The position numbers were made by a program, and so were the translations under genes. Source: Octopus bimaculoides (taxonomy: Eukaryota). From it: a DNA stretch of 64,000 nucleotides. Shown here piece after piece: positions 26,481 through 40,520 of the stretch; position 1 is the first letter of the stretch; the number at the start of each line of letters is the position of its first letter. The notes beneath the pieces are model-generated. The model did not search any database and was not told the DNA's origin. It saw only the letters and a list, made by a program, of their open reading frames with translations. The DNA lies in assembly GCF_001194135.2 (NCBI RefSeq), contig NC_068990.1, positions 6,846,958 to 6,910,957 of the forward strand, read 5' to 3'.

Positions 26481-27392
26481 GCAAAAAAAGACTATGCATG
26501 ACTACGTTGCCTGGAAGCTTGAAGAAGACAATAGAATTAACACGAAGTGCAGCCTCTCTTGGACACAAGACCACTACATCACATCACACTTTGAAGGATA
26601 TGCGTTTGCAAACCAGGAACAGGAGAATCCTACAAAGTACCTGGTGAACAAGAGCAAGAGCGACGCTCTTGTAATCCCAAGATGCAGTCGCATGTGTAGG
26701 CTATGTCATGTTCCTGTGGAAGACATCACGCATGTGATTAGCAGCTGTTCTAAAATGTCGTCATGGTACTGCCACTCTATGCAGCACGATGTTGTTGCTA
26801 AAACAATTTACAATGCCATCCGCAAAAAACGACTGTCCTGAAATAAACTTTAAAAATCTCTCTGTTATGCAATACATTCATAACCACCAACTCAATGAAT
26901 ACTGGTAGAATAATCCCATCAAAACTTCTATCAAATGTCAACATAACAGGCCGGATATTGTTGTTTGGGACAGAGGGGCAAAGGTATGTACCATTATAGA
27001 GGTCAGCTGCCCTGCACATATAAATATATTCTTTGAAAATCAAAGAAAAAGAGGGTATATATGGACAAACGCTTCGAAACCTTCGGCTTCTATATCCAGA
27101 CTCTGAATTCATATTCATACCAGTAATAATTGGAGCACTAGGTTTTGTTAGTAAATGCTTAGATGACAATCTGTTTAAACTGGGGTTTTCAGAGGGAGAA
27201 ATCGACCGGCTAATTCGTACATTACAAGTGCAAAGTGTGAGTGGAACAGTAAAAATATGCAAGACTTTTCTCAAGTTCCAAATGTGAATTTGTCTGTGTT
27301 AACTATATTTCAAAGGTGGAGCCTTGTATCTTTGATGGAAACCGGCTCCCTTCTCAGTGGAAGATTTATAATAATGAAAAAATAGAAGAGAC
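26481..27392 (+). mobile_element. R4-like RLE retrotransposon 3' part embedded in (CATA)n
   Basis: CRLCHVPVEDITHVISSC..HDVVAK zinc knuckle, HNRPDIVVWD..IEVSCP, FIPVIIGALG..SGTVKICKTFLKF. (CATA)n on both sides. Confidence 0.88.
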
Positions 27393-27453
27393 ATACATAC
27401 GTACATACATACATACATGCATACAAACATACATACATACGTATGTATATGTG

Positions 27454-27542
<89 letters not shown>

Positions 27543-27727
27543 GTGTATGTATGTATGTATGTATGTATGTATGAGTGTTTGTACGTATATGTATTTGTGC
27601 ACATATACGCCTTTCTGCGAATGTGCATTGAATTACGAAGTCACATATGTATGTTTATGTGAATACACGTGTGCATACATACATATCTGTGTACATGTGT
27701 GTTGGGATGTTTTTAAGTGCAAATAGA

Positions 27728-27782
<55 letters not shown>

Positions 27783-28099
27783 GTTTGTGTGTGGGAGGGA
27801 GAGAGAATAAGGATGTTTCATAAAAAAATCTATTATTCACTTGAGTTATTGGAGATAAAACATGAAAAATGAAAGCCGATCTGTAGGAAAACTCAAGATA
27901 TCTGGTGAGTGAATGGAAATGCATGAGCACATGCAGTTTTCACAAAAACACTCTGAAAAAAAAATCAAACGTCAAGTAATCAAAAACATGCTTCGCACTC
28001 ACTCACTCACTCGCACATTTCTGCAACAGTATAGATGCAATAACAATGTTTAATACAACGAGACAAATATAGATAACGGCAGAAACAGAAATATGTAGG

Positions 28100-28540
28100 G
28101 AACTAATGGAAGTACAAGATATAGAGGAATTGAATTACAGTGTGGATGGAAATTACTAAGGAAGGATGCAAAAAATTTGCAAGTTACTCTCTAGAGAGTG
28201 CGATGACAAAATACCGCAGTTGGCTTAGTAAGCTGGGTGAAAATATTCTTCCCCAAGTGGCTTACAAATAGGTGAGGGTAATCTTTCCCATAACTACTCT
28301 GCTTGCTTGTTGGTAGAAATCACGAAACAGAAGGATAAATAGTTTAAGGTGAGGGCGATATTGGAGTGATGGTTAAGTGTAGGGGTACTGATTTCAAACA
28401 TCGTATAGCGGTCAAAGAACTTAAGGAACGAGAAGCTGCCATTAAAAGAGATGAGTGTATCAAGTGATTAAGAGCCAAGATGAGGAGGAAATAGAAAATA
28501 AACTGAAGCTATGGAGGCCATAGTTGGCCCCAATGATATC
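28100..28540 (+). mobile_element. Very decayed R4-like RT relic
   Basis: EITKEGCKKF and PKWLT remnants only. Confidence 0.3.
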
Positions 28541-28566
28541 AATTGGGAGTATTGTGGGCAATAACG

Positions 28567-29075
28567 AAATAGGTATTTCGTCTGCCGTTACGTTCTGGGT
28601 TCAAATTCCGCCGAGGTCGATTTTGCCTTTCATCCTTTCGGGGTCCATAAATTAAGTACCACTTACGCACTGGGGTCGATGTAATCGACTTAATCCCTTT
28701 GTCTGTCCTTGTTTGTCCCCTCTATGTTTAGCCCCTGGTGGGCAATAAAGAAAAAAGAAACGTTAGCACGCCGGGCGAAATGTTTAACGGCATTTCGTCT
28801 GTCTTTACGTTCTGAGATCGAATTCCGTCGAAGTCGACTTTGCCTTTCATCCTTTCAGGGTCAATAAAGAAATAAGAAGCGTTAGCACGTCGGGCGAAAT
28901 GCTTAGCGGTATTTCGTCTGTCTCTACGTTCTGGGTTTGAATTCCGTCGAAGTCGACTTTGCCTTTCATCCTTTCGGAGTCGATAAATTAAGTACCAGTT
29001 GCTTACCGGGGTCGATCTAATCGACTAGTCACTTTCCCCAAAATTTCGGGCCTTGTACCTAGAGTAGAAAAGAAT
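28567..29075 (+). mobile_element. Head-to-tail cluster of three family A SINE units
   Basis: ggtcgactttgcctttcatcctttc-type core repeated at about 28617, 28832 and 28950, with 5'-truncated junctions. Confidence 0.88.
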
Positions 29076-29719
29076 ATATTTTGTATTCTAACTTCAAATT
29101 AAATTGAAAATCGACTTTGACTCTTAATCTATGTCTAGAAGGAATAATGAAATGTCACTTACCTCTTCGCAGACATAAGAAATTATCATAACTATTATTT
29201 AGGAATTATATTTTAATTGGATACTTCCACTGTGTCGTCGAACGCATCTTTGTGCACTTTCTGTATATGAAGTTTTGTATTTTTTTTTGTATGGTTTACT
29301 GCATTGAAAGTACCCTACGTAATATGCACTGAGTACTTGTACTATATTTGTATGTTGTGCATATCTGTAAGTACTGCATGATTTTAGTTATTCTAATTTA
29401 CATATTATTATAGAGATTGCATTTTTTTCTAATCTGTATTTTCGTGTTTCCTTTATTTCCCGATCTTTATATTTGAAGAATTTCTCCATAGAGGCACTTT
29501 CTTTCTTTGTGGGTCTTAACAACAATATCTGCCAATTAATCTTCATCTCTGTCTATACGGATGGCGCATCCCAATATAGTCGTTGTTGCATTCTCTCAGA
29601 CATATGCTTGCGTATGTTTTTATCACCTCTTTTCTGTTGGTATTTCATAATTTGGCAGGTCACAGAATATCTCAACACTGCTATACCTTGTATCTTTTAT
29701 CTTTTACTTGTTTCAGTGA

Positions 29720-31530
29720 TTAGACTGAGGACATGCTGGGTCAAAAATTAGTAGTACCTGTAATTCAAAGCGCCAGTTGAGTGCTGATAATTACAACTGT
29801 GCCAATTCCTATTAGTATCACGTCTACTCTCCTCATTGACCACAACCTTCGTATTTCCCACTTCAAATCGTCATAGTTGCTCAGTTTTTTCTTTCTCTTT
29901 CATCTTCTTGTCACCGGTACATATTCTGTCAATTATCATGCATATTCTTTCTACTTTATTCACTACAACAATGTCCGGTTTCTGATGTTTGGTCATGTGA
30001 TCGCGCTAAATCATTGCATCTCATAGGATTTTGCAATTTGAATTCTCATTGATTCCTTCTGGAGTTTTCTCATACAACGTCTTTGCTCTTTGTAGGTTGC
30101 GATTTCCTCAATGTTCCCAACGTCATGTCGTCTTTTGTGTTCGCGTTGTACAAATTTCAGGCTTTCGCTAACGATGTGCCATACCGTTTCACCGCTCTCA
30201 CCACACATTCTGAATTTGTCGCTGTCGGTAGTGTTGTCGATTCTGCACTTCACTTAGTTAGTCCTTAACGCTTGTTCTTGCGTTGTGCATACAAGTGCTT
30301 CTGTCTCTATCTTCAGGTCACCCCCTCCTCATCCACAGCCCCCGGTCTGCTGTTTCTGTCTTGGCATTCGTATCTCGCAAACTGACCGTAAATTTTTCCT
30401 CCTTCCATATTGTTTCTTTCTTTGTGTTCTTTTCTTCTTTACGTTTTTCTTTCTTTACACACTTATAAGTTTTAATGATGCCGGATTTCACATGTTTCAA
30501 CAATGGTTCCATGTTATTCTTTATATACCACACTAAGCTGTTTTCTTCTTTTCCAATGCAACCCTGGCAACTGATCAAACCGCTACTATACTTTCTTCTG
30601 GACAAGAACAGCCTATCGGTGTGGTGTCACTCTTAGGGGGAAAGGCTCCATGCACTTTCAGTATTTTTCTTGTCTTCGTTTCTATATCAATCAGTTCTTT
30701 CTTTTGCTATTTTATGATTCCAGCTCCATACCGAAGTGATGCTATTGTCCATGTATCAACTGCTTGGATTTTATTCCATCCGGTCAATTTTGAGCGCAAC
30801 ACCAATCTTACTCTTCGGAAATATTCCATCCTCAGTTGTTCTTTCATTTCCTTCTCCATTATTTCATTGAAATCTAGTATGCCAAGGTATTTGTAGTCTT
30901 CCTGTTCAATTTGTTTAATCAGTTCTCTATCAAGGAATTCTCTCCCTGCAAAGGACTCTACCTTGCCTCTTTTCAGGTACCATAATAGTACACTTCTTCA
31001 GTCCGAATTAATTCTAATATCAGCACTAAACCAGTGGACCGTGTTCACCAAATAACTCGCTTGTGCATCATCCTTGTCATTCAGCTTCAAATCATACATG
31101 AACAGGAGGTGATTGATTCTTTTAAATTTCCTTTTTGGCTGATATCGCAGGTGCATTTTCCTAAGAACCAAGTTCGGAGGGATCATGCAGAGAACAAAAA
31201 CAACGGAGATAAGCTACGATCTTGGAAAATTCCTCTTCTGATGTCCAGGGTGTCCAAACCTTTTCTGTAGGATGTCAACTAGGTTTCTACCCCACAATGC
31301 TTCTCTTCATAAAACACGTTATATTCCTCGCAATTCCAAACAAATCTAAGCACTCGATGATTCACGAATGTGGAATCATATCATAAGCTTCGCGATAGCC
31401 AATGCAGGTCATTCTCAAATTTGTTCTCCTTCATTTACAATCTTGCGTGACCATTTTGTCTATTGGTCTTTCATACTTCTGCATCTCGTCCTACAACTTT
31501 TTTGTGCCATCGGTAACGTATCGTTCTCCT
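29720..31530 (-). mobile_element. Decayed R4/Dong-like RT-RLE retrotransposon
   Basis: Minus-strand remnants: RINHLLFMYDLKL (RT YMDD region), DYKYLGIL, IEPLLKHV, KFRMCGESGETVWHIVS, HDQTSETG (RPD-like). Many stops and frameshifts. Confidence 0.8.
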
Positions 31531-31587
31531 GAAGAAATGTGTACAGTTCTTCTGCAATTCCCCTTGACAGCAACTTCCACATTAAAG

Positions 31588-31790
31588 AAGGTGGCTAACT
31601 GGCAGAATCGTTAGTACAGCGGGCATAAGGCTCAGCGGGATTTCGTCCGTCTTTACGTTCCGAGTAAAATTCCGCCGAGATCGACTTTAACTTTCGTCCT
31701 CTCAAGTTGAGTACTGGAGTCAATGTAATCGGTTTACCCTTTCCCCTGAAATTACTGGTCTTGTACAAAATTTGAAGTCATTGTTATTAT
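31588..31790 (+). mobile_element. tRNA-derived SINE, family A (diverged, internal deletion)
   Basis: ggcagaatcgttagtac...ttccgccgagatcgacttt. Confidence 0.75.
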
Positions 31791-34692
31791 CCTTCAAATA
31801 ACAATAACCACGCCTCGCCTGACTCTATTTGACTATGGTACTGCGTCTACTCCAGACAAGTAACGATGAAAATAGTGTAAGAGAATTAAAGTAATCTGAA
31901 CCAGTTTATAAGAATATTGTTTAGGACGCATTTGTCTGTGTGGAACTCTTTTATTTATGTTAATATTGACCTTCAGAAAGTCATTAGCGATCCACAAGCT
32001 GTGCTTCTGTAATGATTAATGCCAATGTGAGTAATGGATATTGTAGGAAGAATATATGTTACATATCTATTTGTATGTCGATCGAATTTGCTATCTTGTC
32101 ACAGACATTCGGTTATAATATGTATTTTAGAAATCCTTAACACCAGCATTGCAATTTGTTTGAAAAATTGAGATATTGACGAAAGAAAGTAATCCTTGAG
32201 TAGATTCATAGAATTACCTTGGATTTGAACAGTTTTAATTGAAATCGTATTTAGCTGGATTTGTCTTCCATACTTTTCTTAAATTTCTATGTCGTGTATT
32301 GTAGTTTCATTACAAGAGCGTGTATTAATATTCCATTGCTTGGTCCCAGTTATACTTCTCCTCTTTCGAAATAGACACAAGGCAACTGTATGAAACACAT
32401 CAATTTTATTGAACCTCTGCATCAGAATCATCCATAAATTCTGTTATGTACACGTACACACACACACATGCGGGTGTGTGTATGTATGTAAGTATGTGTG
32501 CATGCATGTTTATATTTCCCAAAATAAACGGTTGTGGCTGGCACTGATCCAAATGTTGTAATATCAGATTAATTCATTTTAAATAATTTTTTCTTCTTTC
32601 CTTGTTTCTCTTCTACATTCTTCATAGAATTGAAAAATACTATGTCAAGTCTCACAGATCAAGTAGTTGATCAATACTGTTGTTGGAATTCCGTTAGCTA
32701 AAGAAACATTTGGCTCACTGGAAAACATTTCTTGATCGATCTATTTATGTAGGTGCTTTAATTATAAGAATAGAGAAAATATCTTGTGTGAAATCACCGA
32801 TTTCTAACATTGGCACAAGGCCACACATTTATGGGTAACGCTACAATCGATTCATTCAATCTTAATATTTGACTTATTTATTATTTTATTGACCCCGGAA
32901 GGATAATTTAATACTGGTGAGATTTAGTCTCAGTATATAAACGTAAGCAAGTAAATAGCACGTATCATGTTGCTCGCCATGCCACCAATTCGATCAATCT
33001 ACAACCCTTATTTTAATATCAACCTAAAAAGAAGTATTGCATGCAAGACTGACGTGGGTAAACTATTCTTGTAACTCGTGACAAAATATAATATTCTCAG
33101 TCTTGCTGTAACATAATCAGTGTGCATCATTTTTTCCCCTTAATGTAGGAGAGAAGAATTGGCAAAAATGTTTTTCATTGAAAACCTATTATATAATGCT
33201 GCCAGTCACATTAACGACAACTATTGTTACGTGTGTTACGTCAGTTGCAGTTATAAGGATATCCAGGCAGCTTAATGTGCTATTAATGCATTATTTTCTT
33301 CGAATACATTGATCATTAACGACCCTTTTGTTACTATTCCTCGTTATATACCTAGTTAAATTTATTCCAGTTTACTTCAACTGCTTATTATTCTTTACAA
33401 GACGTAATCATCACAGCTTTCCATTTGTTCTTCTCACCTCTCTGCAAAAGCCAATGGACTTATATTTATTATGTCGGATCTTCGGATTCTACTAGACTGA
33501 TTTATTTTTGTTTTAGTTACCACATAGATTATTTTCTGCACCTCAACAATCTACTGAGGCACACTATCCTAGTTACATTCTTCTTTATGCTGCTTTACTT
33601 CAGAATAAATGTTAGTAAAATATTTTCATTATATGCCATGTTTTTATTCTAAATTTATTCTGTACTAAATTTCTACTGTATATACTTCACTTCCTCTAAG
33701 CAGTATTCCTTCCAAATAACGCATCGATTTCATTTGCTATGTATTTGGAATATGTTTAATCAGCAAAATACGTCAATACATAATGTTAACGGAAAACACA
33801 AGTCTAGTCTTCAGCGTATATTTCTTATTTGTAAAATACACACTAATTCTAAAAACTTTCTGTATATACTGCGACCATATATTTCAAACTTGATTGCAAA
33901 ATACATACTTCTGTTTTACTTTTATATAACTTGGACATTTCTAAGAACTTCTACCATATTGTACATCTACTGCAAAATATCTAACTTTGATTAAACAAAA
34001 TATTTGTTAAAACAGTACGGCATACTTTTCTTGAGACGAAATAAAATTACAGAAACTTTTGATGTTCTGTTTTTAAAAACGTGTGTAAATTTTATGGAAA
34101 CTTTCAACAATGCTTACCCATCGTGATTTTAATGAAACTGAACTATTTAAATAGTTAACTCTGATCTAATGAACCATTATTGGCAACAGCTCATGGGTAT
34201 AATTCGATATATTCACCCAAGACACGTAATTTCGGAACAAGCATTCACCTCTGGAAGCATTGTATAAAGGATAAAGTGTTATGAAAATTCCTCTGGCAAT
34301 GTTTACAACTCAACAAACAAAAGCCATCACCAAATAATATGTAGAAGAGTTTATTGCTGGAACTGAAAGCTTGAAATGTAGTATCTCACGTCTTGTTTCT
34401 TTGAGACAACGTTCTTGAACTACACACAAACGTGAGCGGTGAAAACTATTACACTAATATGAAACAAATAGGAAAACATATTTATTTAAAATTTCGATTT
34501 TTGTAATCCCTGACTGAAATTAAACTTTGAATTAACACGAAATGTATTTTTTTTTATCTAAACTCTATATATTCTCCTTTCAGTATCAATGTTGAACTAT
34601 TGATTATATTCTATTTTCTTGCTTTCCACATGGTTGAGGCTTTTATCACACTTCTGCAATTATATTACATATCTTTTCTTTTAATATTTTAG

Positions 34693-34762
34693 TTGTTGGC
34701 TCCCAGTCCAGTTGTCGGCCTATGACGCGGTTCTATACACTCCTGTTATTACTATTTTATGC
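34693..34762 (+). CDS. Class B1 GPCR exon, ECL2-TM5
   Basis: atttttAG acceptor and GC|GTAAGT donor. 70 bp: (H)CWLPVQLSAYDAVLYTPVITILC, containing the conserved ECL2 CW and the TM5 proline. Confidence 0.93.
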
Positions 34763-35244
34763 GTAAGTAAAAAACATAATTGCTTACTTATTCTCTTTAT
34801 ATTTATCCATTAATTAAACAAATGCCTCAAAGTGGTCTGGCCCGATATTAACAGGCGTCAGATAGATGAATACAACTTACATGTATCTATATCTGTCTAT
34901 CAATCTATTTGTGTATTTATATATACATACATATATACACACACACACACACATGTATATATGTACGTATGTGTGTGTGTGTATATANNNNNNNNNNNNN
35001 NNNNNNNNNNNNNNNNNNNNNNNNNNNNNNNNNNNNNNNNNNNNNNNNNNNNNNNNNNNNNNNNNNNNNNNNNNNNNNNNNNNNNNNNNNNNNNNNNNNN
35101 NNNNNNNNNNNNNNNNNNNNNNNNNNNNNNNNNNNNNNNNNNNNNNNNNNNNNNNNNNNNNNNNNNNNNNNNNNNNNNNNNNNNNNNNNNNNNNNNNNNN
35201 NNNNNNNNNNNNNNNNNNNNNNNNNNNNNNNNNNNNNNNNNNNN

Positions 35245-35288
<44 letters not shown>

Positions 35289-36091
35289 GTGTATACATAC
35301 ATACACACGGACAGGCACACAGACACACAAATATATAAATGTGGGTGGCGTATTAGCAATTTAGAAACCTAAAGGCAAAGTTATAGACATCACTAAAGTG
35401 AGAGAGGGTACAAAGTGGTACCAACATTACTAGAAATAAGATTCAAAATTACCCTTATTTCAAGGGTTTTCCTTATAAGTCGACGAGGTGAGTTGAGCTT
35501 AATCCTAGGCGCAGTAAGAACCACTGACGAGAATTGAGATGCTATGCATCAGAATTAGAAATCACGCGATACGGCTAAATGTGCGACCAGAGGGAGATTG
35601 GTTTGCTTTGGCAATTTACTAAGATAGCGCTTATTTCTTATTTCTAGCAATGCTGGTATCACTTTGCACCCTCTGTCACTTCAGTGACGTATATGTATAT
35701 ATATATATATATATATATTTATTATACACACACACGTATATATATATTTAGATATATGTACCTATATACATACGTATACGTACATATATATGTATATATA
35801 TGTATATATATCCATATGTATATATATGTTTATATATATATACCTATATACATATGTATACATACATAAATACATACATATATATATATATATATCCATA
35901 TGTGTGAGTATGCATGTGTGTGTGGGTGTTTGTGATAACTGAAGTCGGCTAGTTGGCAATATGTCAGTAATTGGAGGGAGAACGCGAGAGTGTTGGTGTG
36001 AGTAGGGGCCAGTTTCAGTGCGAGTTACATAGTCCAACATATTAACACATACATGCATACGTATATACATACATATGTGTATGTATGTATG

Positions 36092-36129
<38 letters not shown>

Positions 36130-36719
36130 NNNNNNNNNNNNNNNNNNNNNNNNNNNNNNNNNNNNNNNNNNNNNNNNNNNNNNNNNNNNNNNNNNNNNNN
36201 NNNNNNNNNNNNNNNNNNNNNNNNNNNNNNNNNNNNNNNNNNNNNNNNNNNNNNNNNNNNNNNNNNNNNNNNNNNNNNNNNNNNNNNNNNNNNNNNNNNN
36301 NNNNNNNNNNNNNNNNNNNNNNNNNNNNNNNNNNNNNNNNNNNNNNNNNNNNNNNNNNNNNNNNNNNNNNNNNNNNNNNNNNNNNNNNNNNNNNNNNNNN
36401 NNNNNNNNNNNNNNNNNNNNNNNNNNNNNNNNNNNNNNNNNNNNNNNNNNNNNNNNNNNNNNNNNNNNNNNNNNNNNNNNNNNNNNNNNNNNNNNNNNNN
36501 NNNNNNNNNNNNNNNNNNNNNNNNNNNNNNNNNNNNNNNNNNNNNNNNNNNNNNNNNNNNNNNNNNNNNNNNNNNNNNNNNNNNNNNNNNNNNNNNNNNN
36601 NNNNNNNNNNNNNNNNNNNNNNNNNNNNNNNNNNNNNNNNNNNNNNNNNNNNNNNNNNNNNNNNNNATATATATATACATATAGAGAGAGAGACACACAC
36701 GCACACGCATATATATACC

Positions 36720-36753
<34 letters not shown>

Positions 36754-37905
36754 AATACTTGTTGTTTGTCCAAACTTAAATATGCATGTTCATGCACGTA
36801 TATGCTACTGCATATATACCATTTTACCGAGGACATTGATAGACATAGGTACGAGTAATTATAATAAAACACGCACACATACAGAAATGACAACAACTCC
36901 GCATATATGCATACACGAACCAATAAAGAGAATGTACAAATGATCACAAAACATGCTAGAAATAAGAAACATATTGTCCACAAATCACACCTAACCATCT
37001 GAGAAATTGCTGAGATGCACTGAATAAAATAGTTTGAAATATACCGTCTCTGAAAGAAGTTATCATGGCTAAAAAGCGTTTGGTAAGAGATCTACCGGAT
37101 TAAGACTAAATAAAACAGCAAAAGTAATATAATGCATTATGATAACAAATAAACATTATATGTGTATACATTCATATATAGATAAATGTATATATGTGTA
37201 TATGTCTATGTAAGCATATGTGTGCATTTGTCTGCTTGTACAGTATGTATGGATGCTTACATGTGTACATACAAGCGTTTATGCCTATATGAAAATATAC
37301 ATACATGTGTATATATATATACATACATATATACATATATATACATAAACATACATACCCACATACATACATACACACACATATATATATATATNNNNNN
37401 NNNNNNNNNNNNNNNNNNNNNNNNNNNNNNNNNNNNNNNNNNNNNNNNNNNNNNNNNNNNNNNNNNNNNNNNNNNNNNNNNNNNNNNNNNNNNNNNNNNN
37501 NNNNNNNNNNNNNNNNNNNNNNNNNNNNNNNNNNNNNNNNNNNNNNNNNNNNNNNNNNNNNNNNNNNNNNNNNNNNNNNNNNNNNNNNNNNNNNNNNNNN
37601 NNNNNNNNNNNNNNNNNNNNNNNNNNNNNNNNNNNNNNNNNNNNNNNNNNNNNNNNNNNNNNNNNNNNNNNNNNNNNNNNNNNNNNNNNNNNNNNNNNNN
37701 NNNNNNNNNNNNNNNNNNNNNNNNNNNNNNNNNNNNNNNNNNNNNNNNNNNNNNNNNNNNNNNNNNNNNNNNNNNNNNNNNNNNNNNNNNNNNNNNNNNN
37801 NNNNNNNTATACATATAAATAATACACACACATACACACATATATATACACAGGTATTCACGCTTTGAGATGTACTTATCCTGTTTATATAAACAAATCT
37901 GCCAT

Positions 37906-37938
<33 letters not shown>

Positions 37939-38262
37939 AACAAATAGTAAATGAGTATATGCACATATACGTACAGGTATGTGCGTACCGACATCCACAT
38001 GTACGTATAGGTGCATATCTGGGTACAGGACATTGCAAACAAAACGTAGACGGGAAAACACACAAGCCACATAGAGAACATTCTACTTCATCAGCTACCT
38101 CCGTTTTAACACCGGCGTTTCGAAGAGATACATACGTACATACACGAGTGAGTGGCAAACGAAATAAAAAAGCACTCGAAATATTAAGTATGAGTTACAT
38201 GTATTTTTATATAGAACAATTTGCTCTGGCTCCATGTGGCCCAAATTTTCGCGAACCTTTCA

Positions 38263-38324
38263 CAGACACTCGTCTCTTTCAGGCTTAGATTCTATAATCT
38301 AAGCCTGGAAGAGACGAGTTTCTG
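38263..38324. other. 62-nt hairpin (29-bp stem, 4-nt loop)
   Basis: cagacactcgtctctttcaggcttagatt-ctat-aatctaagcctggaagagacgagtttctg. One C-U mismatch and one G-U pair on the + strand. Confidence 0.9.
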
Positions 38325-38626
38325 CTAGAAGCAATGAAACGAATCAAACTTTTGAATAACCTATTTTGAATAACATTTTGGAGTAATCCCTTATTATATA
38401 TATATGTATCTGCAAATAGTAAGGGATTAATCCAAAACATCAGGCATTCAAAATAGGTTATTCAACAGTTAATATATAATTCCAGTAATATTCTAATAAG
38501 ATAAAAATTCAGAGATATATTCCGTTGAAATACGTTTTGGTCTATGCAAAGCATTACGTATATATGTTAAAAAAATTAAAGGTAGTGGCATGCAATTTCG
38601 TAATAATCCTTATTATTACTATCATT

Positions 38627-38685
<59 letters not shown>

Positions 38686-39118
38686 TAATATTATTATTAT
38701 TATTGTTGTTGTTGATGTATATATATATATATATACACACACACATACACTCTCTCTCTCCCTCTCTCACATACTCGCACACACACATACAAGTATATAC
38801 TTATACATATATGTAAATATTATATATATATATATATATANNNNNNNNNNNNNNNNNNNNNNNNNNNNNNNNNNNNNNNNNNNNNNNNNNNNNNNNNNNN
38901 NNNNNNNNNNNNNNNNNNNNNNNNNNNNNNNNNNNNNNNNNNNNNNNNNNNNNNNNNNNNNNNNNNNNNNNNNNNNNNNNNNNNNNNNNNNNNNNNNNNN
39001 NNNNNNNNNNNNNNNNNNNNNNNNNNNNNNNNNNNNNNNNNNNNNNNNNNNNNNNNNNNNNNNNNNNNNNNNNNNNNNNNNNNNNNNNNNNNNNNNNNNN
39101 NNNNNNNNNNNNNNNNNN

Positions 39119-39418
39119 CATAAATATATAGGGATTGACAGTAACGTGAGTTATTTAGACATTAACAAATTTATTAGAATATTTAGCTGAAGATCAGAAT
39201 AGAGTATTTTACTCTTAACTGTGAAACAATTGTACTAAATTAACTAAAGGCAAGTGTTTTTTACTCTTCTCTACTGTTTTTTGTTCTGTGTGTATCAAAA
39301 ATATCGCTATCAATCTGGAGTAATAATTTGTAGTTTTGAAATCAGTAGTTCTTTGACTGCTATTTCTGAATTCTCAGTATGTTGGAGAAGCAGGTTACTG
39401 TCAATCCCTATATATTTA

Positions 39419-39420
<2 letters not shown>
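39119..39420. mobile_element. MITE-like element with perfect 27-bp terminal inverted repeats
   Basis: cataaatatatagggattgacagtaac (39119-39145) and gttactgtcaatccctatatatttatg (39394-39420). Right flank is (AT)n; left flank is an N gap. Confidence 0.75.
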
Positions 39421-39455
<35 letters not shown>

Positions 39456-40132
39456 TTGTAACACTTTAGTAACTCTGGAGCATTTCTGCAAGCCTTCTTA
39501 ATTATTCATCTTTGCTAATTAAATGTTACTTATAACTTTTATAAAATGCAGATTAGGATTATATTGATGACATTTTTATTAATTTCTTTTTTGCAGAAAG
39601 TAAGCAATTACATACTTTTTAAATCGTTCAATAGCACTTACATGACAGTAACACAGCATCAAAAATCTATAACATCATCCTGATTAATATCATTCATTAT
39701 CAACATGAAATTCGAATGCTTGACATAAATAGCTCCGAGTTTCTGCTCAGCTAACTCTAATGAAAACTGAAAGTATTTTAGAGGATTTCCAGTGAAACAC
39801 TCCGTTTCTCTTATCTCAATTACTCTGCAGTGCTACGATAAAGAGAAAATAATTCAATTCGTATGGACTTCTTTTCTGACTAGCATAAAAAAATATATGT
39901 GAAAACTGTCGTCAGTGTAATTTTATTCCACACGGTCGAAAATGAATCTCTATTATATTTCAGTCTAAAAATATGAACATTAGAAATACTATGAAGAAAC
40001 GAAATTGGGAGATGCGATGTTAAACTAAAGATGTGGCTTGATACATTTATACATGCATACATGAGCATGCGCCCGCATACTCACATACACAAATACGTAT
40101 GTTCATATCCATATATACATACATATATGTGT

Positions 40133-40201
<69 letters not shown>

Positions 40202-40480
40202 TTTATGTATTATATGTATACATATATATATATATATGTGAATATATAACTGTAAGATCCAGTGATCTCACATTCTGATCGAACCGTCCGTGTTTTGATA
40301 CGCACCTTACGACAATGTAAGCTTCATTTAATCAAGATACCGTTGGCCTGAAGAGCAGCCTGTTGTATACAATTCGTTTGGATATTTACCACTTCCGAGG
40401 TTCCTTAACTCTTGTATGTGTGTGTGTGTGTGTGGTGTGTATGTATGCATGTGTGTGTGTGTGTGTGGTGTGTGTGTGTG

Positions 40481-40520
<40 letters not shown>

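Noticed and set aside
33425-33652. Hydrophobic ORF with TYIYYVG, reminiscent of ECL2-TM5
   Set aside because: No suitable splice sites or CW motif. The real exon is at 34693-34762.
39587-39606. Possible 3-nt microexon (ttttgcAG-aaa-GTAAGC)
   Set aside because: The receptor frame is complete without it and there is no supporting evidence. A chance motif is likely.
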